A DNA stretch of 64,000 nucleotides, from assembly GCA_964564165.1 (NCBI GenBank), contig CAZLZZ010000001.1, positions 10,257 through 74,256 of the forward strand, written 5' to 3'. The translations under genes and the position numbers were made by a program. Each line of letters begins with the position of its first letter. Position 1 is the first letter of the stretch. A model generated the notes under the pieces. The model saw only the letters and a list, made by a program, of their open reading frames with translations, ran no database searches and was not told the DNA's origin. Origin of the DNA: an uncultured Alcanivoracaceae bacterium (GTDB lineage Bacteria; Pseudomonadota; Gammaproteobacteria; Xanthomonadales; Marinicellaceae). Shown in pieces: positions 8,944 through 17,594 of the stretch.

Positions 8944-9624
8944 ATGAATACTGTGGTTTTGCTTCCTGGTCTTGATGGTACGGGCTTATTGTTCCATCCT
9001 TTATTAGAAAAATTGCCAGATCATGTGAATAAATTGGTAATAAGCTATCCTACTGATCAATGTTTTGATTATGAGCAGTTAGCTCAATGGGTTTTCTCTC
9101 AATTGCCAAAAGATGATTTTATATTGGTTGCTGAATCATTTTCAGGATATGTTGCTTATCTTATTGGGCTAAAGAAACCAAATCATTTGCAATCAATTAT
9201 ATTTGTAGCCTCTTTTTTGACCAATCCGAATCCTTTATTATTGGGTTTGTCCAAAGTTATACCAATGAGTATTTTGTTGAAATTTACAATACCGAATTTT
9301 ATTGTTAAAAGGTTTCTATTGGGGGGGAATATTAGCCAAGATACTATAAAATTATTTAAGGATGCCATTAGCAAAGTCAATACAAAGGTCTTGACTCATA
9401 GACTGAAGTTGCTATCAAAATTAAGTTATCCCGCTCAAACATGTGATGTACAAGCCATATACATTCAAGCCAGTAATGATCGGCTTGTTTCTACTCAGTC
9501 TCTTGAAGTGTTTAAAAAGGTGTTTATTAACCTAACTGTTTATGAAATTTATGGCCCTCATTTTGTACTACAATCAAACCCTGAAGAATGTGTAAAAATC
9601 ATTCGTTCTATATTGTCCTTTTAG
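8944..9624 (+). CDS. Alpha/beta-fold hydrolase
   Basis: 226 aa. The N-terminus (VVLLPGLDGTG) and the nucleophile-elbow-like AESFSG are typical of small alpha/beta hydrolases. Confidence 0.7.
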   Translation: MNTVVLLPGLDGTGLLFHPLLEKLPDHVNKLVISYPTDQCFDYEQLAQWVFSQLPKDDFILVAESFSGYVAYLIGLKKPNHLQSIIFVASFLTNPNPLLLGLSKVIPMSILLKFTIPNFIVKRFLLGGNISQDTIKLFKDAISKVNTKVLTHRLKLLSKLSYPAQTCDVQAIYIQASNDRLVSTQSLEVFKKVFINLTVYEIYGPHFVLQSNPEECVKIIRSILSF

Positions 9625-9670
9625 GCTATGAATCCAGGTCTTTTGCTCTTCACTTCATGTTCTTTACATC

Positions 9671-9732
9671 CTTCATGGTAAAAAATAATCGCGTGTATGA
9701 ATCATCTTGCGATATAATGAAACTTTCGAGAC
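9671..9732. repeat. 62-bp direct repeat, copy 2
   Basis: See 8617-8678. This copy overlaps the first codons of the longest miaA ORF. Confidence 0.8.
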
Positions 9733-10675
9733 AACTACAACTCTAGTGAACAAAAAAGCCATCTTTTTAATGGGCCCAACGGCGGCGGGTAAAACCGATG
9801 CGGCGATATTTTTGCATGAAAAATATGGCTGCGATATTGTTTCGGTAGATTCGGCTTTGGTCTATAGGCAGATGGACATTGGTACGGCTAAGCCAGATGG
9901 GGAAACTTTAACCAAAGCACCTCATGCTTTGGTGGATATTATTAATCCTTGGGAGTCGTATTCGGCGGCCAATTTTGTCAGCGATGCTTATGCTTTGATG
10001 GAAAAATCACTGAAAGTGGACAATATACCTTTGTTGGCAGGTGGCACCATGATGTATTATCGCAGTTTGCAGCAAGGTTTGTCTAAATTGCCTGATGCCG
10101 ATGTTGTTATTCGTAACGAGCTTTCTGCAATAGCTGATGATATAGGTTGGGAAAAAATGCACCAACGATTAACCAGGATTGATCCAGATTCTGCACAACG
10201 AATCAACAAGAATGATCCACAAAGAATTCAAAGAGCGTTGGAAGTGCATCAAATATCGGGCAAAACCATGACCCAACTTTATAAAGAAGATGAGGGCGAT
10301 AAACTCGACTACCAAACCTTAAAAATCGTGATTGCACCTGAGCGTGCGTTGTTACACAAACGCATTGAACAGCGGTTTGAAATTATGCTTAAACAAGGGT
10401 TCATCGAAGAAGTTGAACAACTCAAAGCCAATCCCAAGATTACCTTTGATATGCCTTCCATGCGTTGTGTCGGCTATCGCCAAGTTTGGCAATACTTGGA
10501 TGGTGATTTGAAGCACGATGAAATGATTTTTAAAGGCATAGTGGCGACCCGACAATTGGCAAAAAGACAATGGACTTGGTTGCGCAAAGAAGATGACGCC
10601 ATCTGGTTGGATTCTACTCAAAAGGGCTATCTCCAAGAAATTCAAAGATTAACCAAGGAGTTTATTGAAAGTTAA
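9707..10675 (+). CDS. miaA: tRNA dimethylallyltransferase
   Basis: P-loop AIFLMGPTAAGKT, the DSALVYRQMDIGTAKP block, and RQLAKRQWTWLR. The true start may be the in-frame GTG at 9746, because the first 13 codons lie in a repeat. Confidence 0.9.
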   Translation: MRYNETFETTTTLVNKKAIFLMGPTAAGKTDAAIFLHEKYGCDIVSVDSALVYRQMDIGTAKPDGETLTKAPHALVDIINPWESYSAANFVSDAYALMEKSLKVDNIPLLAGGTMMYYRSLQQGLSKLPDADVVIRNELSAIADDIGWEKMHQRLTRIDPDSAQRINKNDPQRIQRALEVHQISGKTMTQLYKEDEGDKLDYQTLKIVIAPERALLHKRIEQRFEIMLKQGFIEEVEQLKANPKITFDMPSMRCVGYRQVWQYLDGDLKHDEMIFKGIVATRQLAKRQWTWLRKEDDAIWLDSTQKGYLQEIQRLTKEFIES

Positions 10676-10702
10676 AGGCATTTTAACTTTCAACCCCAAC
10701 GC

Positions 10703-11575
10703 ATGAATATTCTACTACTATCTAGAAATAAACGCCTGTACTCAACTATGCGTTTATTTGAAGAGGCAAAAAAAGCCAAACACAACATCGCTATCGTCGA
10801 TTATATGCACTGTAATATTATCAGCGAAAAGAAAAACCCAGTGGTGTATTACAATGGCCAATCCTTGAAATTTATTGATGCTGTTATTCCGCGTATCGGT
10901 GCGACTTTTACTTTTTATGGTTCAGCCTTGATTCGCCAATTTGAGTTACAAAACATTCCTACCATGGTGACTTCGCAAGCATTATTAATGGCGCGTGATA
11001 AATTGCATTGCTTACAAGCTTTAACGCAAGTGGGTGTGGGCATGCCGAAGACTTATTTTACCCATTATTTTTACAATATTGATGAAATCATCACCGCAGT
11101 TGGCGGATTTCCTTTTGTCATGAAACAGCTTGAAGGCACACAAGGTTATGGTGTGTTTTTGATTAAAAACCGCAAACATGCGGGAGAAATCATCGACGTT
11201 CACCAAAATGCCAATAAGAAATTTATTATTCAAGAGTTTATTGCCGAATCAAAAGGAGCCGATATTCGCGCCATAGTAGTTGGCAACAAGGTCGTTGCGG
11301 CAATGAAGAGAACAGCCAAAGCAGGTGAGTTTCGATCAAATCTGCATCAAGGAGGAAGAGGCCAGAACATACAACTATCAGAAACAGAGACTCGCACAGC
11401 GATTGTTTCTGCACAAACCATGGGGTTGTCTGTGGCTGGCGTGGATATGTTACAATCCAAACGAGGACCTTTGGTGTTGGAAGTCAATGCTTCACCGGGA
11501 TTGGAGGGCATTGAAAAAACCACCAAGATAAATGTCGCTGAAAAAATAATACAACATTTGCAGAAAATAGGATGA
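10703..11575 (+). CDS. rimK: Ribosomal protein S6 glutamate ligase (ATP-grasp)
   Basis: 290 aa. RimK-type blocks are present: MKQLEGTQGYGV, IIQEFIAESKGADIRAIVVG, SNLHQGG, VAGVDML, and EVNASPGLEGIE. Confidence 0.9.
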   Translation: MNILLLSRNKRLYSTMRLFEEAKKAKHNIAIVDYMHCNIISEKKNPVVYYNGQSLKFIDAVIPRIGATFTFYGSALIRQFELQNIPTMVTSQALLMARDKLHCLQALTQVGVGMPKTYFTHYFYNIDEIITAVGGFPFVMKQLEGTQGYGVFLIKNRKHAGEIIDVHQNANKKFIIQEFIAESKGADIRAIVVGNKVVAAMKRTAKAGEFRSNLHQGGRGQNIQLSETETRTAIVSAQTMGLSVAGVDMLQSKRGPLVLEVNASPGLEGIEKTTKINVAEKIIQHLQKIG

Positions 11576-11667
11576 ATTTGAATGATTTTATACCCGCACA
11601 ATCAGGGCTTGAGAGCTACAAAACACCGACAAAAATCTTGCTCCTGGGCTTCTTTTAAGGTGATGGC

Positions 11668-12603
11668 ATGAAAATAGCAGGCAAAACCATTCTCAAAGGA
11701 CAAACCAAACAAGTCAAACTAGAAATCGCCAAATTAATTTCTGGTATTGAAATCGATGTACCAATCATTGTTTCTCGGGGCAAACAAGAAGGGCCAACCT
11801 TGCTCTTGATGGCTGGCTTGCACGGAGATGAAATCAACTCAGTGGATGTGGTTCGCTATGTTTTACAACATAAAATTAACAGGGTACAAAGAGGCACGGT
11901 TATTTGTGTGCCGATACTGAATATTTTTGGCTTTATTAACTTCTCTCGCGAAGTACCTGACGGCAAAGATGTCAATCGTTCATTCCCTGGTCACTCCAAA
12001 GGCTCACTTGCCAGTCAAATCGCTTACCAATTTACCAAAAAAATCTTGCCCCATTGCGATTACATCATAGATTTTCACACCGGTGGCAAGAGCCGTTTCA
12101 ATATTCCACAAACGCGCGCCATGTTAAGCAATGACAAATGCCTAGAATTGGCACAAGCCTTTAATGCGCCGTTTAATTTACATGCCAATTTAATCACCAA
12201 ATCTTTGCGAAAAATCGCCATGGGCTTGGACAAAACCATAATTGTGTACGAAGGGGGAGAGGCGTTACGGTTTGATGAAAGAGCCAGAGATATTGCCCTC
12301 TCAGGCATTAAAAAAGTATTAACTTATCTTGATATGCAACGCTATGATGAGCCCATTATTAAAAGCCAAATCTATCATCAGAGAAAATGGCTCAGAGCGC
12401 CCACGTCCGGTTTTTTTCATCCGAAAGTCTCTGTGGGCGATGCGGTTCAAACAGGGCAGGTTGTTGGTTCTGTTACCGGGCCTATGGGCGATTACCACGG
12501 CGATTGTGTTTCTAGCAAAGATGCTTTTGTTGTTAGTTTAAATAACAACCCAATGGTTAATCGTGGCGACGCCATTATTCAACTTGCTTTTGGTGATGTG
12601 TAA
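11668..12603 (+). CDS. Succinylglutamate desuccinylase/aspartoacylase family (M14-like) protein
   Basis: 311 aa with GLHGDEINS and DFHTGG zinc-ligand blocks. It sits in the usual position downstream of rimK. Confidence 0.8.
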   Translation: MKIAGKTILKGQTKQVKLEIAKLISGIEIDVPIIVSRGKQEGPTLLLMAGLHGDEINSVDVVRYVLQHKINRVQRGTVICVPILNIFGFINFSREVPDGKDVNRSFPGHSKGSLASQIAYQFTKKILPHCDYIIDFHTGGKSRFNIPQTRAMLSNDKCLELAQAFNAPFNLHANLITKSLRKIAMGLDKTIIVYEGGEALRFDERARDIALSGIKKVLTYLDMQRYDEPIIKSQIYHQRKWLRAPTSGFFHPKVSVGDAVQTGQVVGSVTGPMGDYHGDCVSSKDAFVVSLNNNPMVNRGDAIIQLAFGDV

Positions 12604-12702
12604 GTTTTAACAACGAAAGGGCCAACAGGCAGATTGAAAAAACTTCGACGCAATAGACCTATAATTTTGAATATTAGCTGAAACTAATATATAGTATATG
12701 GC

Positions 12703-12795
12703 AGAGAAAGATTAACCCACTGCGAAAAACTTGGAAGGTCTCAAAAGTTCCCTTACCTTCGTTAAAATCACTTTGGGAATAAAGAATCTTTCTCT
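12703..12795 (+). repeat. Perfect 11-bp inverted repeat enclosing 71 nt, in the leader of the DUF2892 gene
   Basis: AGAGAAAGATT (12703-12713) pairs with AATCTTTCTCT (12785-12795). There is an inner hairpin, GAAGGT...ACCTTC. A perfect TATAAT lies at 12660-12665, upstream. Confidence 0.6.
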
Positions 12796-12875
12796 CACCC
12801 AAACTTTTCATTGTTGCGACTGTTTTATCGGTCGAGCAAGAAATACTATTAATTGAATTTGTTGAGGATTGTTTT

Positions 12876-13082
12876 ATGAAATTACGAAATATGATATTTA
12901 TGTTTGCAGGTTTGTTTATTTTGGCCAGCCTAGCATTGTCACATTTTTATGGGCAAGCAGATTTGTCTAAACCCACATTTTTATGGTTTACCGCTTTTGT
13001 TGGGTTTAATTTGTTCCAAACCAGTTTCACAGGATTCTGTCCTTTGGCTAAAATATTAAAGGCTTTGGGCGTTAAAGAATAA
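12876..13082 (+). CDS. DUF2892 (YgaP-like) small membrane protein
   Basis: 68 aa with two TM helices and the characteristic FTGFCPL motif. Confidence 0.75.
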   Translation: MKLRNMIFMFAGLFILASLALSHFYGQADLSKPTFLWFTAFVGFNLFQTSFTGFCPLAKILKALGVKE

Positions 13083-13311
13083 TTTTGACTGTCACAGTCT
13101 GTTAAGCCGACTCTAACCCCAATTAAAATTAGTATCTAAAAATGAAATTTTATAAAGCAGAAAACTATCAAGAACAATGCCTGAAATTGTTTAATCAATA
13201 CAACCAGATGAAATTATCATGCACAGGTATGACGCAAGATAAATACAGGAACGTCAAGTCTGAATTTATTGAGAACTTGTCTTGATAAGATGAATACTAA
13301 TTTATCAAGTT

Positions 13312-14694
13312 TTATCGGCTTTTGCCAAAGCGTTTATCTATCCAGTTAAACATGGCGCTCATGCCCAGCGCGTCACCGCCCTTAGGATGACCAACTCGCC
13401 CATTTGACCATCCAAAAGTATCAATGTGTACCCAAGGAATGTCTTTTCCAACAAACTCTTCTAAAAACAAAGCGGCAGTAATACAGCCACCCATCGGCAC
13501 TGATCCCGTGTTACTTAAATCCGCAATCTCTGGTACAATCTGGCTTTTGTAGGGCTGATACAAAGGCATCGGCCACAAGGGGTCAAACACCTCATTGGAA
13601 CAGGCCATAATTTCTAGGTTAAAATCTTCTTCGTTACTAAATACCGGCGGCAAATCCGCACCAAGTGCGACCCTTGCAGCACCCGTCAAAGTAGCAAAAT
13701 CCACAATTAATTCGGGGTTAAACTCACTGGCGTATGCCAGAGCATCAGACAAAATCACTCGCCCTTCTGCATCGGTATGTCCAATTTCAACCGTTAATCC
13801 TTTGCGGGTTGTTACAATATCGCCTTGACGGTGTGCGTTGCCAGCGACAGCATTTTCAACAGCTGGAATAATTACTTTTAAACACACTGGCAAGTTTAAA
13901 CGCATAATCATCTGTGCTAAACCCAATACATGTGCTGCACCACCCATGTCTTTTTTCATATTGCGCATGCCCCCGGCAGGCTTCATGTTGTTACCGCCAG
14001 TATCGAAGCACACACCCTTGCCAACCAAGCATACCAGTGGGTTGCTGGCTTTTCCCCAGTCCATGACAATCACTCGGGGTTCTTTAAACGAAGCTCGCCC
14101 AACCAAATGAACCGCTGGGAAGTTTTGTTTTAGCAGTTCTTCTCCGACAATTTCGTGATAAACCGCACCGTGGTTTTCTGCCAAGCTGGCCATTTCTATC
14201 GCCAATTCTATAGGGCCCATGTCATCGGCGGGTGTATTGATTAAATCCCTGACCAATTGTGTTGCCTTGACCAGTTCATAAGCGTGCTTGTATTTAGTGG
14301 TCAGATTTTTAACGGTTAAATAGGCCTGTTGGGTCTTTGCTTGTTTGTATCTGTCAAAATGATAAGAACCAAAACCCCAGCCCGTTATACAAGCAGAAAC
14401 CAAGGCTTCATTTTCAGTGTCACAATAATAATTACCAGCGGGAAGTTGCTTTGGCAACAAGCTAAAATCATGGAAATCTATTTGCTTTGAGATGAGACAA
14501 TATACTTTTTCTAAGTGTCTATTGTTATCTAAAACACAAAGATGAGCGCCTGTTTTTTTACCAAATGCAAACAGGTCTACTAAGTTTTTAATAGATAATT
14601 CTTGTTTTTTCAACCATGAGTCAAAATCATCGATAAAAAGTGGTACAATAGCTGTAGATTTGGCAGTGCTTTGTTCTAATATTTTGAATGACAT
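13312..14694 (-). CDS. M17 family leucyl aminopeptidase
   Basis: VGKGVCFDTGG, the NTDAEGR-type motif (HTDAEGRV), and ATLTGA. The start is set at the internal ATG 14694 (MSFKILEQ), because the longer ORF runs into a MITE. Confidence 0.85.
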   Translation of the reverse strand: MSFKILEQSTAKSTAIVPLFIDDFDSWLKKQELSIKNLVDLFAFGKKTGAHLCVLDNNRHLEKVYCLISKQIDFHDFSLLPKQLPAGNYYCDTENEALVSACITGWGFGSYHFDRYKQAKTQQAYLTVKNLTTKYKHAYELVKATQLVRDLINTPADDMGPIELAIEMASLAENHGAVYHEIVGEELLKQNFPAVHLVGRASFKEPRVIVMDWGKASNPLVCLVGKGVCFDTGGNNMKPAGGMRNMKKDMGGAAHVLGLAQMIMRLNLPVCLKVIIPAVENAVAGNAHRQGDIVTTRKGLTVEIGHTDAEGRVILSDALAYASEFNPELIVDFATLTGAARVALGADLPPVFSNEEDFNLEIMACSNEVFDPLWPMPLYQPYKSQIVPEIADLSNTGSVPMGGCITAALFLEEFVGKDIPWVHIDTFGWSNGRVGHPKGGDALGMSAMFNWIDKRFGKSR

Positions 14695-14727
14695 ATAAAA
14701 ATAATCTAGTGTTAAAAAAGTATTATA

Positions 14728-14859
14728 CCCTAATCCAGCTATAGAAACGCGAATTAGAGTGCAGGCTATTGGTATACATAGTGAATCTGAAAAATGCCGA
14801 GTCACCTTTTTGGTGATGTGGCATTTTTCAGGTTTGCTATGTATGCCAAGGGATTAGGG
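14728..14859 (+). mobile_element. Short MITE-A variant in the divergent intergenic region
   Basis: CCCTAATCCAGCTATAGAAACGCGAATTAGAGTG...GTGAATCTGAAAAATGCC...GGCATTTTTCAGGTTTGCTATG...GGGATTAGGG aligns along its length with 41081-41205. Its own TIRs are CCCTAATCC / GGATTAGGG. It contains a strong inner hairpin at 14783-14824. Confidence 0.5.
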
Positions 14860-14972
14860 TTATACAGTCATTTGAACTATTTTGGAACTTTTGTTGTCAA
14901 ATCTGTCATTCAGGTTTTAGAATATCAACAATTGTCTTTAAAATTTGAACAAACAACTATAGAAAACAAATT

Positions 14973-15656
14973 ATGAAAACAATATTATTTGCAAGTTATC
15001 TTTTGATAAATACCCTGCTCGGCACTCTGATTACTACTGCCCATGCCAATCCAAACTTTGTCATTTCAACCCAAATGCGAATGGACAGAGACGGCAATTT
15101 AATCGAGCCAGACAGGTTGTTTATGGGAGAAGCTATTCGCGCTTACAATAATGGCGCCAACCAATCGGCTTTTAGTTATTTTAAAAAAGCCGCAGCATTG
15201 GGCAATGCTCTTTCTCAACGCTACATTGGACTAATGTACATTAATGCTTTGGGTGTCGAAAAAGACATGATCAAAGGTTATGCCTGGTTGAAATTGGCAG
15301 CACTTGATGGCACCTCAAGAAACAAGGATTTAAAACAACAGGTATTTAACCTTTTAACTCAAGAACAAATCTCTCAAAGCGAAGTTGCTTACAAACAAGT
15401 TAAACAGGATTATGGTTCGATAGCAGCTCTTACCCGCAGAGATAGGTGGGTTAGAAAACAAAAAATGAAAATGACAGGGTCAAGAGCAGGTAGCCTAGTT
15501 TTCGCACCGATAAGTTATGATTCACCGCGTGGCAATGGGTTTTATAACCAAGTAAGATCCTATGTTGAAGACTATAATTTTGGCTACATTACCAGCGGGG
15601 AAATAGTTCCGATTGAAAGCCCTGAAGATGAAAAACCAGAAGAAGAAGGAAAATAA
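14973..15656 (+). CDS. Secreted Sel1-repeat (TPR-like) protein, paralog 1
   Basis: It has a signal peptide and Sel1 repeats (AAALGNALSQRYIGLMYINALGVEKDMIKGYAWLKLAALDG). Confidence 0.75.
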   Translation: MKTILFASYLLINTLLGTLITTAHANPNFVISTQMRMDRDGNLIEPDRLFMGEAIRAYNNGANQSAFSYFKKAAALGNALSQRYIGLMYINALGVEKDMIKGYAWLKLAALDGTSRNKDLKQQVFNLLTQEQISQSEVAYKQVKQDYGSIAALTRRDRWVRKQKMKMTGSRAGSLVFAPISYDSPRGNGFYNQVRSYVEDYNFGYITSGEIVPIESPEDEKPEEEGK

Positions 15657-15658
15657 AC

Positions 15659-16309
15659 ATGAAACAATTAACATTAACCGCAGTTTTATTATTCATATCT
15701 TTTACTGTCTTTGCTATGCCCAATGCAGTACTGTCTCTTGACCCTCATTATGATAAACAACATAATTTGGTAACGCCGGACAAAATATTGTTAGCAAAAG
15801 CCATCAAAGCCTATCAAGACGGTTATAACAAATCAGCATTCACCAAGTTTCACCAGGCAGCAGCTTTTGGAAACTCAATAGCACAAAAACACATTGGATT
15901 GATGTATCTTAAAGCATTGGGCACTAACCGGGATTGGTCAAAAGGCTATGCCTGGATAAAATTGGCAGCCTTAGATGGAACCAATGAAAACCTGAGTTTA
16001 ATGCGTAGCATTTATGCCATGTTAACGCCGCTTGAAATTAAACAAGCAAAAATCGAATATCAAAAAATCAGCGAAGACTACGATATTTCTGCCACCCTAA
16101 AAAGGCGAGACAGATGGGTAAAAAAACAAAAACGCAAAGCAACAGGCACAAGAACGGGCTCTCAAACCACCAACATACAATCGCAAGCTATCAATGGTGT
16201 CACCCTAGATTCAGACAGAACTTCCAAAATAAACGCCATGGATGCCTTTGTTAACAATTACCAGTTTGGAGTAGTTGAAGCGGGTGAAATTAAACCCAAA
16301 GGCGATTAA
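15659..16309 (+). CDS. Secreted Sel1-repeat (TPR-like) protein, paralog 2
   Basis: It has the same architecture as the upstream gene (AAAFGNSIAQKHIGLMYLKALGTNRDWSKGYAWIKLAALDG, then RRDRWVKKQK). The two genes are 2 nt apart. Confidence 0.75.
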   Translation: MKQLTLTAVLLFISFTVFAMPNAVLSLDPHYDKQHNLVTPDKILLAKAIKAYQDGYNKSAFTKFHQAAAFGNSIAQKHIGLMYLKALGTNRDWSKGYAWIKLAALDGTNENLSLMRSIYAMLTPLEIKQAKIEYQKISEDYDISATLKRRDRWVKKQKRKATGTRTGSQTTNIQSQAINGVTLDSDRTSKINAMDAFVNNYQFGVVEAGEIKPKGD

Positions 16310-16320
16310 CTTACTTTTTA

Positions 16321-16530
16321 CCCAAGCCCTGATATAGAAAATACGGTGCTAACACAAAGTCGGGTCACTTTTGTTCTGTTTGACATAGCCACCCGTTTTT
16401 GCTGTTTTCCTCTGCCTAAGAAGTCCCTACAAAAACAGCAGTTCTTTAATGGTGTTGATAGTATCTTTGTTCGTTGATTTGCATAATTTATCCTTTATGA
16501 AATATTGCTTTACTCATTTGAGATAATTCT
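16321..16530 (-). mobile_element. Degenerate MITE-A copy (inverted orientation)
   Basis: It starts with the TA-flanked CCCAAGCCCTGATATAGAAAATAC (compare CCCAAATCCCGATATAGAAAACAC at 62258). Internal blocks (TGCCTAAGAAGTCCCTACAAAAAC, TTTGTTCGTTGATTTGC) align to the 62258 copy. The right end has eroded, so the end coordinate is approximate. Confidence 0.35.
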
Positions 16531-16596
16531 CTCTTGCTTGTTAGCTTAATTCTATTATTAATTTATGTTTCATTGGTTCACTTATTAGTTCATTCA

Positions 16597-16914
16597 TTAT
16601 TTCATCCATTCGTCTTGGATATAAACTTGGACGTTACGAAGTTCACACATTCTGATGGTGTGACCTGTACCTCCAGCTGTTGGATTAGTCGTGCCTGTAA
16701 AGAAATAGCCTATATCAGCAGGCTCAAACCTTATTCTAGGGCAACCGATAATTTTCAATGCATCTCGCAAGAGATACATAGCCTTGATGGTGACCCTTGT
16801 TTTCTTGAGGTCTTTTAAATAGAGCTTAAATAATAATTGGTAACTTGGAGTGGCTTGTGCGCCTAATTCTGCCAATTGTTGCAATTCATCATGACTTAAA
16901 TCTTCCAACGACAC
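16597..16914 (-). CDS. Hypothetical protein (no family recognised)
   Basis: 105-aa ORF with a GTG start abutting the 165-bp inverted-repeat element. An overlapping 94-aa ORF on the + strand makes coding status uncertain. Confidence 0.3.
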   Translation of the reverse strand: MSLEDLSHDELQQLAELGAQATPSYQLLFKLYLKDLKKTRVTIKAMYLLRDALKIIGCPRIRFEPADIGYFFTGTTNPTAGGTGHTIRMCELRNVQVYIQDEWMK

Positions 16915-17077
16915 GGCTCTTCACCGCTTTGGTGAGTATAAAAACAATTGATGTTTTTGTAACACCTTGAAAGCTATGATTAAATCACAAGAGCCATACA
17001 TTTTACAAATTACTCCCTTAACATCTGGCTCAGAGCAGGTGAATGATTAAAAATACTCACCTAAGCGGTGAAGAGCC
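16913..17077. mobile_element. 165-bp element with 25-nt terminal inverted repeats (MITE-like)
   Basis: GGCTCTTCACCGCTTTGGTGAGTAT (16913-16937) against the reverse complement of ATACTCACCTAAGCGGTGAAGAGCC (17053-17077): 24 of 25 positions match. The interior contains further hairpins. Confidence 0.6.
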
Positions 17078-17387
17078 ATTGCAAATCTAAATTGTCCATA
17101 TAATACAATGGGTTAATGAGTGTTTTTTAACTACCCTAACGAGCATGAAACATTTGTTTGAAATATTAATAGTGTGAAACAGGATTATAGTGCATAGTCA
17201 TAAATTTGAATCTAAGTGAATTAACGCCATTAGCTTTTTGAAGTAGGGCTGAGGTCAAAAAGATAAAACTCTTAAAAATGTAAAGTTCACTTTTGTCACA
17301 TATTTGTCACAGGGCCAAAATTGGCCGTTTATTAATAAAAGGCGATGGTAGTTTTTTGGAGATTTGAATTGTTTATTTTTAAAAAAT

Positions 17388-17464
17388 TGGCGCGCCCGAC
17401 GGGATTTGAACCCATGACCTTCGGCTTCGGAGGCCGATACTCTATCCAGCTGAGCTACGGGCGC
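17388..17464 (-). tRNA. tRNA-Arg (anticodon CCG)
   Basis: The reverse complement GCGCCCGTAGCTCAGCTGGATAGAGTATCGGCCTCCGAAGCCGAAGGTCATGGGTTCAAATCCCGTCGGGCGCGCCA folds as a cloverleaf. The anticodon loop is CT-CCG-AA and CCA is encoded. Confidence 0.95.
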
Positions 17465-17594
17465 GTTTGAGTGATGTATTTTACTTTACTTTGAAATTTA
17501 TCTTTGCTTTTTGTGACTTTTTTTTTAAAATATTATTAAACCATAGATAGCAAGGAAGATTAATGCGGTATCATTAAAAATACTGAAGGTAGTT

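Noticed and set aside
12703-12795. Assignment of the DUF2892 leader helix to a known riboswitch class (SAM, c-di-GMP, fluoride, guanidine, Mn, ZTP, Moco).
   Set aside because: None of the conserved core sequences of these classes that I can recall is present. It is kept only as an unclassified structured or repeat element.
13142-13285. A 47-aa ORF (MKFYKAENYQEQCLKLFNQYNQMKLSCTGMTQDKYRNVKSEFIENLS) that vaguely resembles the C-terminus of GrpB-family proteins, possibly a gene remnant.
   Set aside because: The similarity is only an impression of a Y...K...Y...K..FI pattern. The ORF is too short and unsupported to report as a feature.
16534-16818. A plus-strand 94-aa ORF overlapping the 105-aa minus-strand ORF.
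   Set aside because: It is extremely hydrophobic and His-rich with low complexity, has no RBS, and starts inside eroded MITE sequence. The minus-strand ORF is only marginally better and is given low confidence.
16913-17077. Retron msr/msd ncRNA. It has 25-nt a1/a2-like inverted repeats, is ~165 nt long, and has internal hairpins.
   Set aside because: - No reverse-transcriptase ORF follows or lies nearby. The adjacent 105-aa ORF has no RT motifs such as YxDD.
- The genome is full of ~160-bp TIR elements, so a MITE is the simpler explanation.
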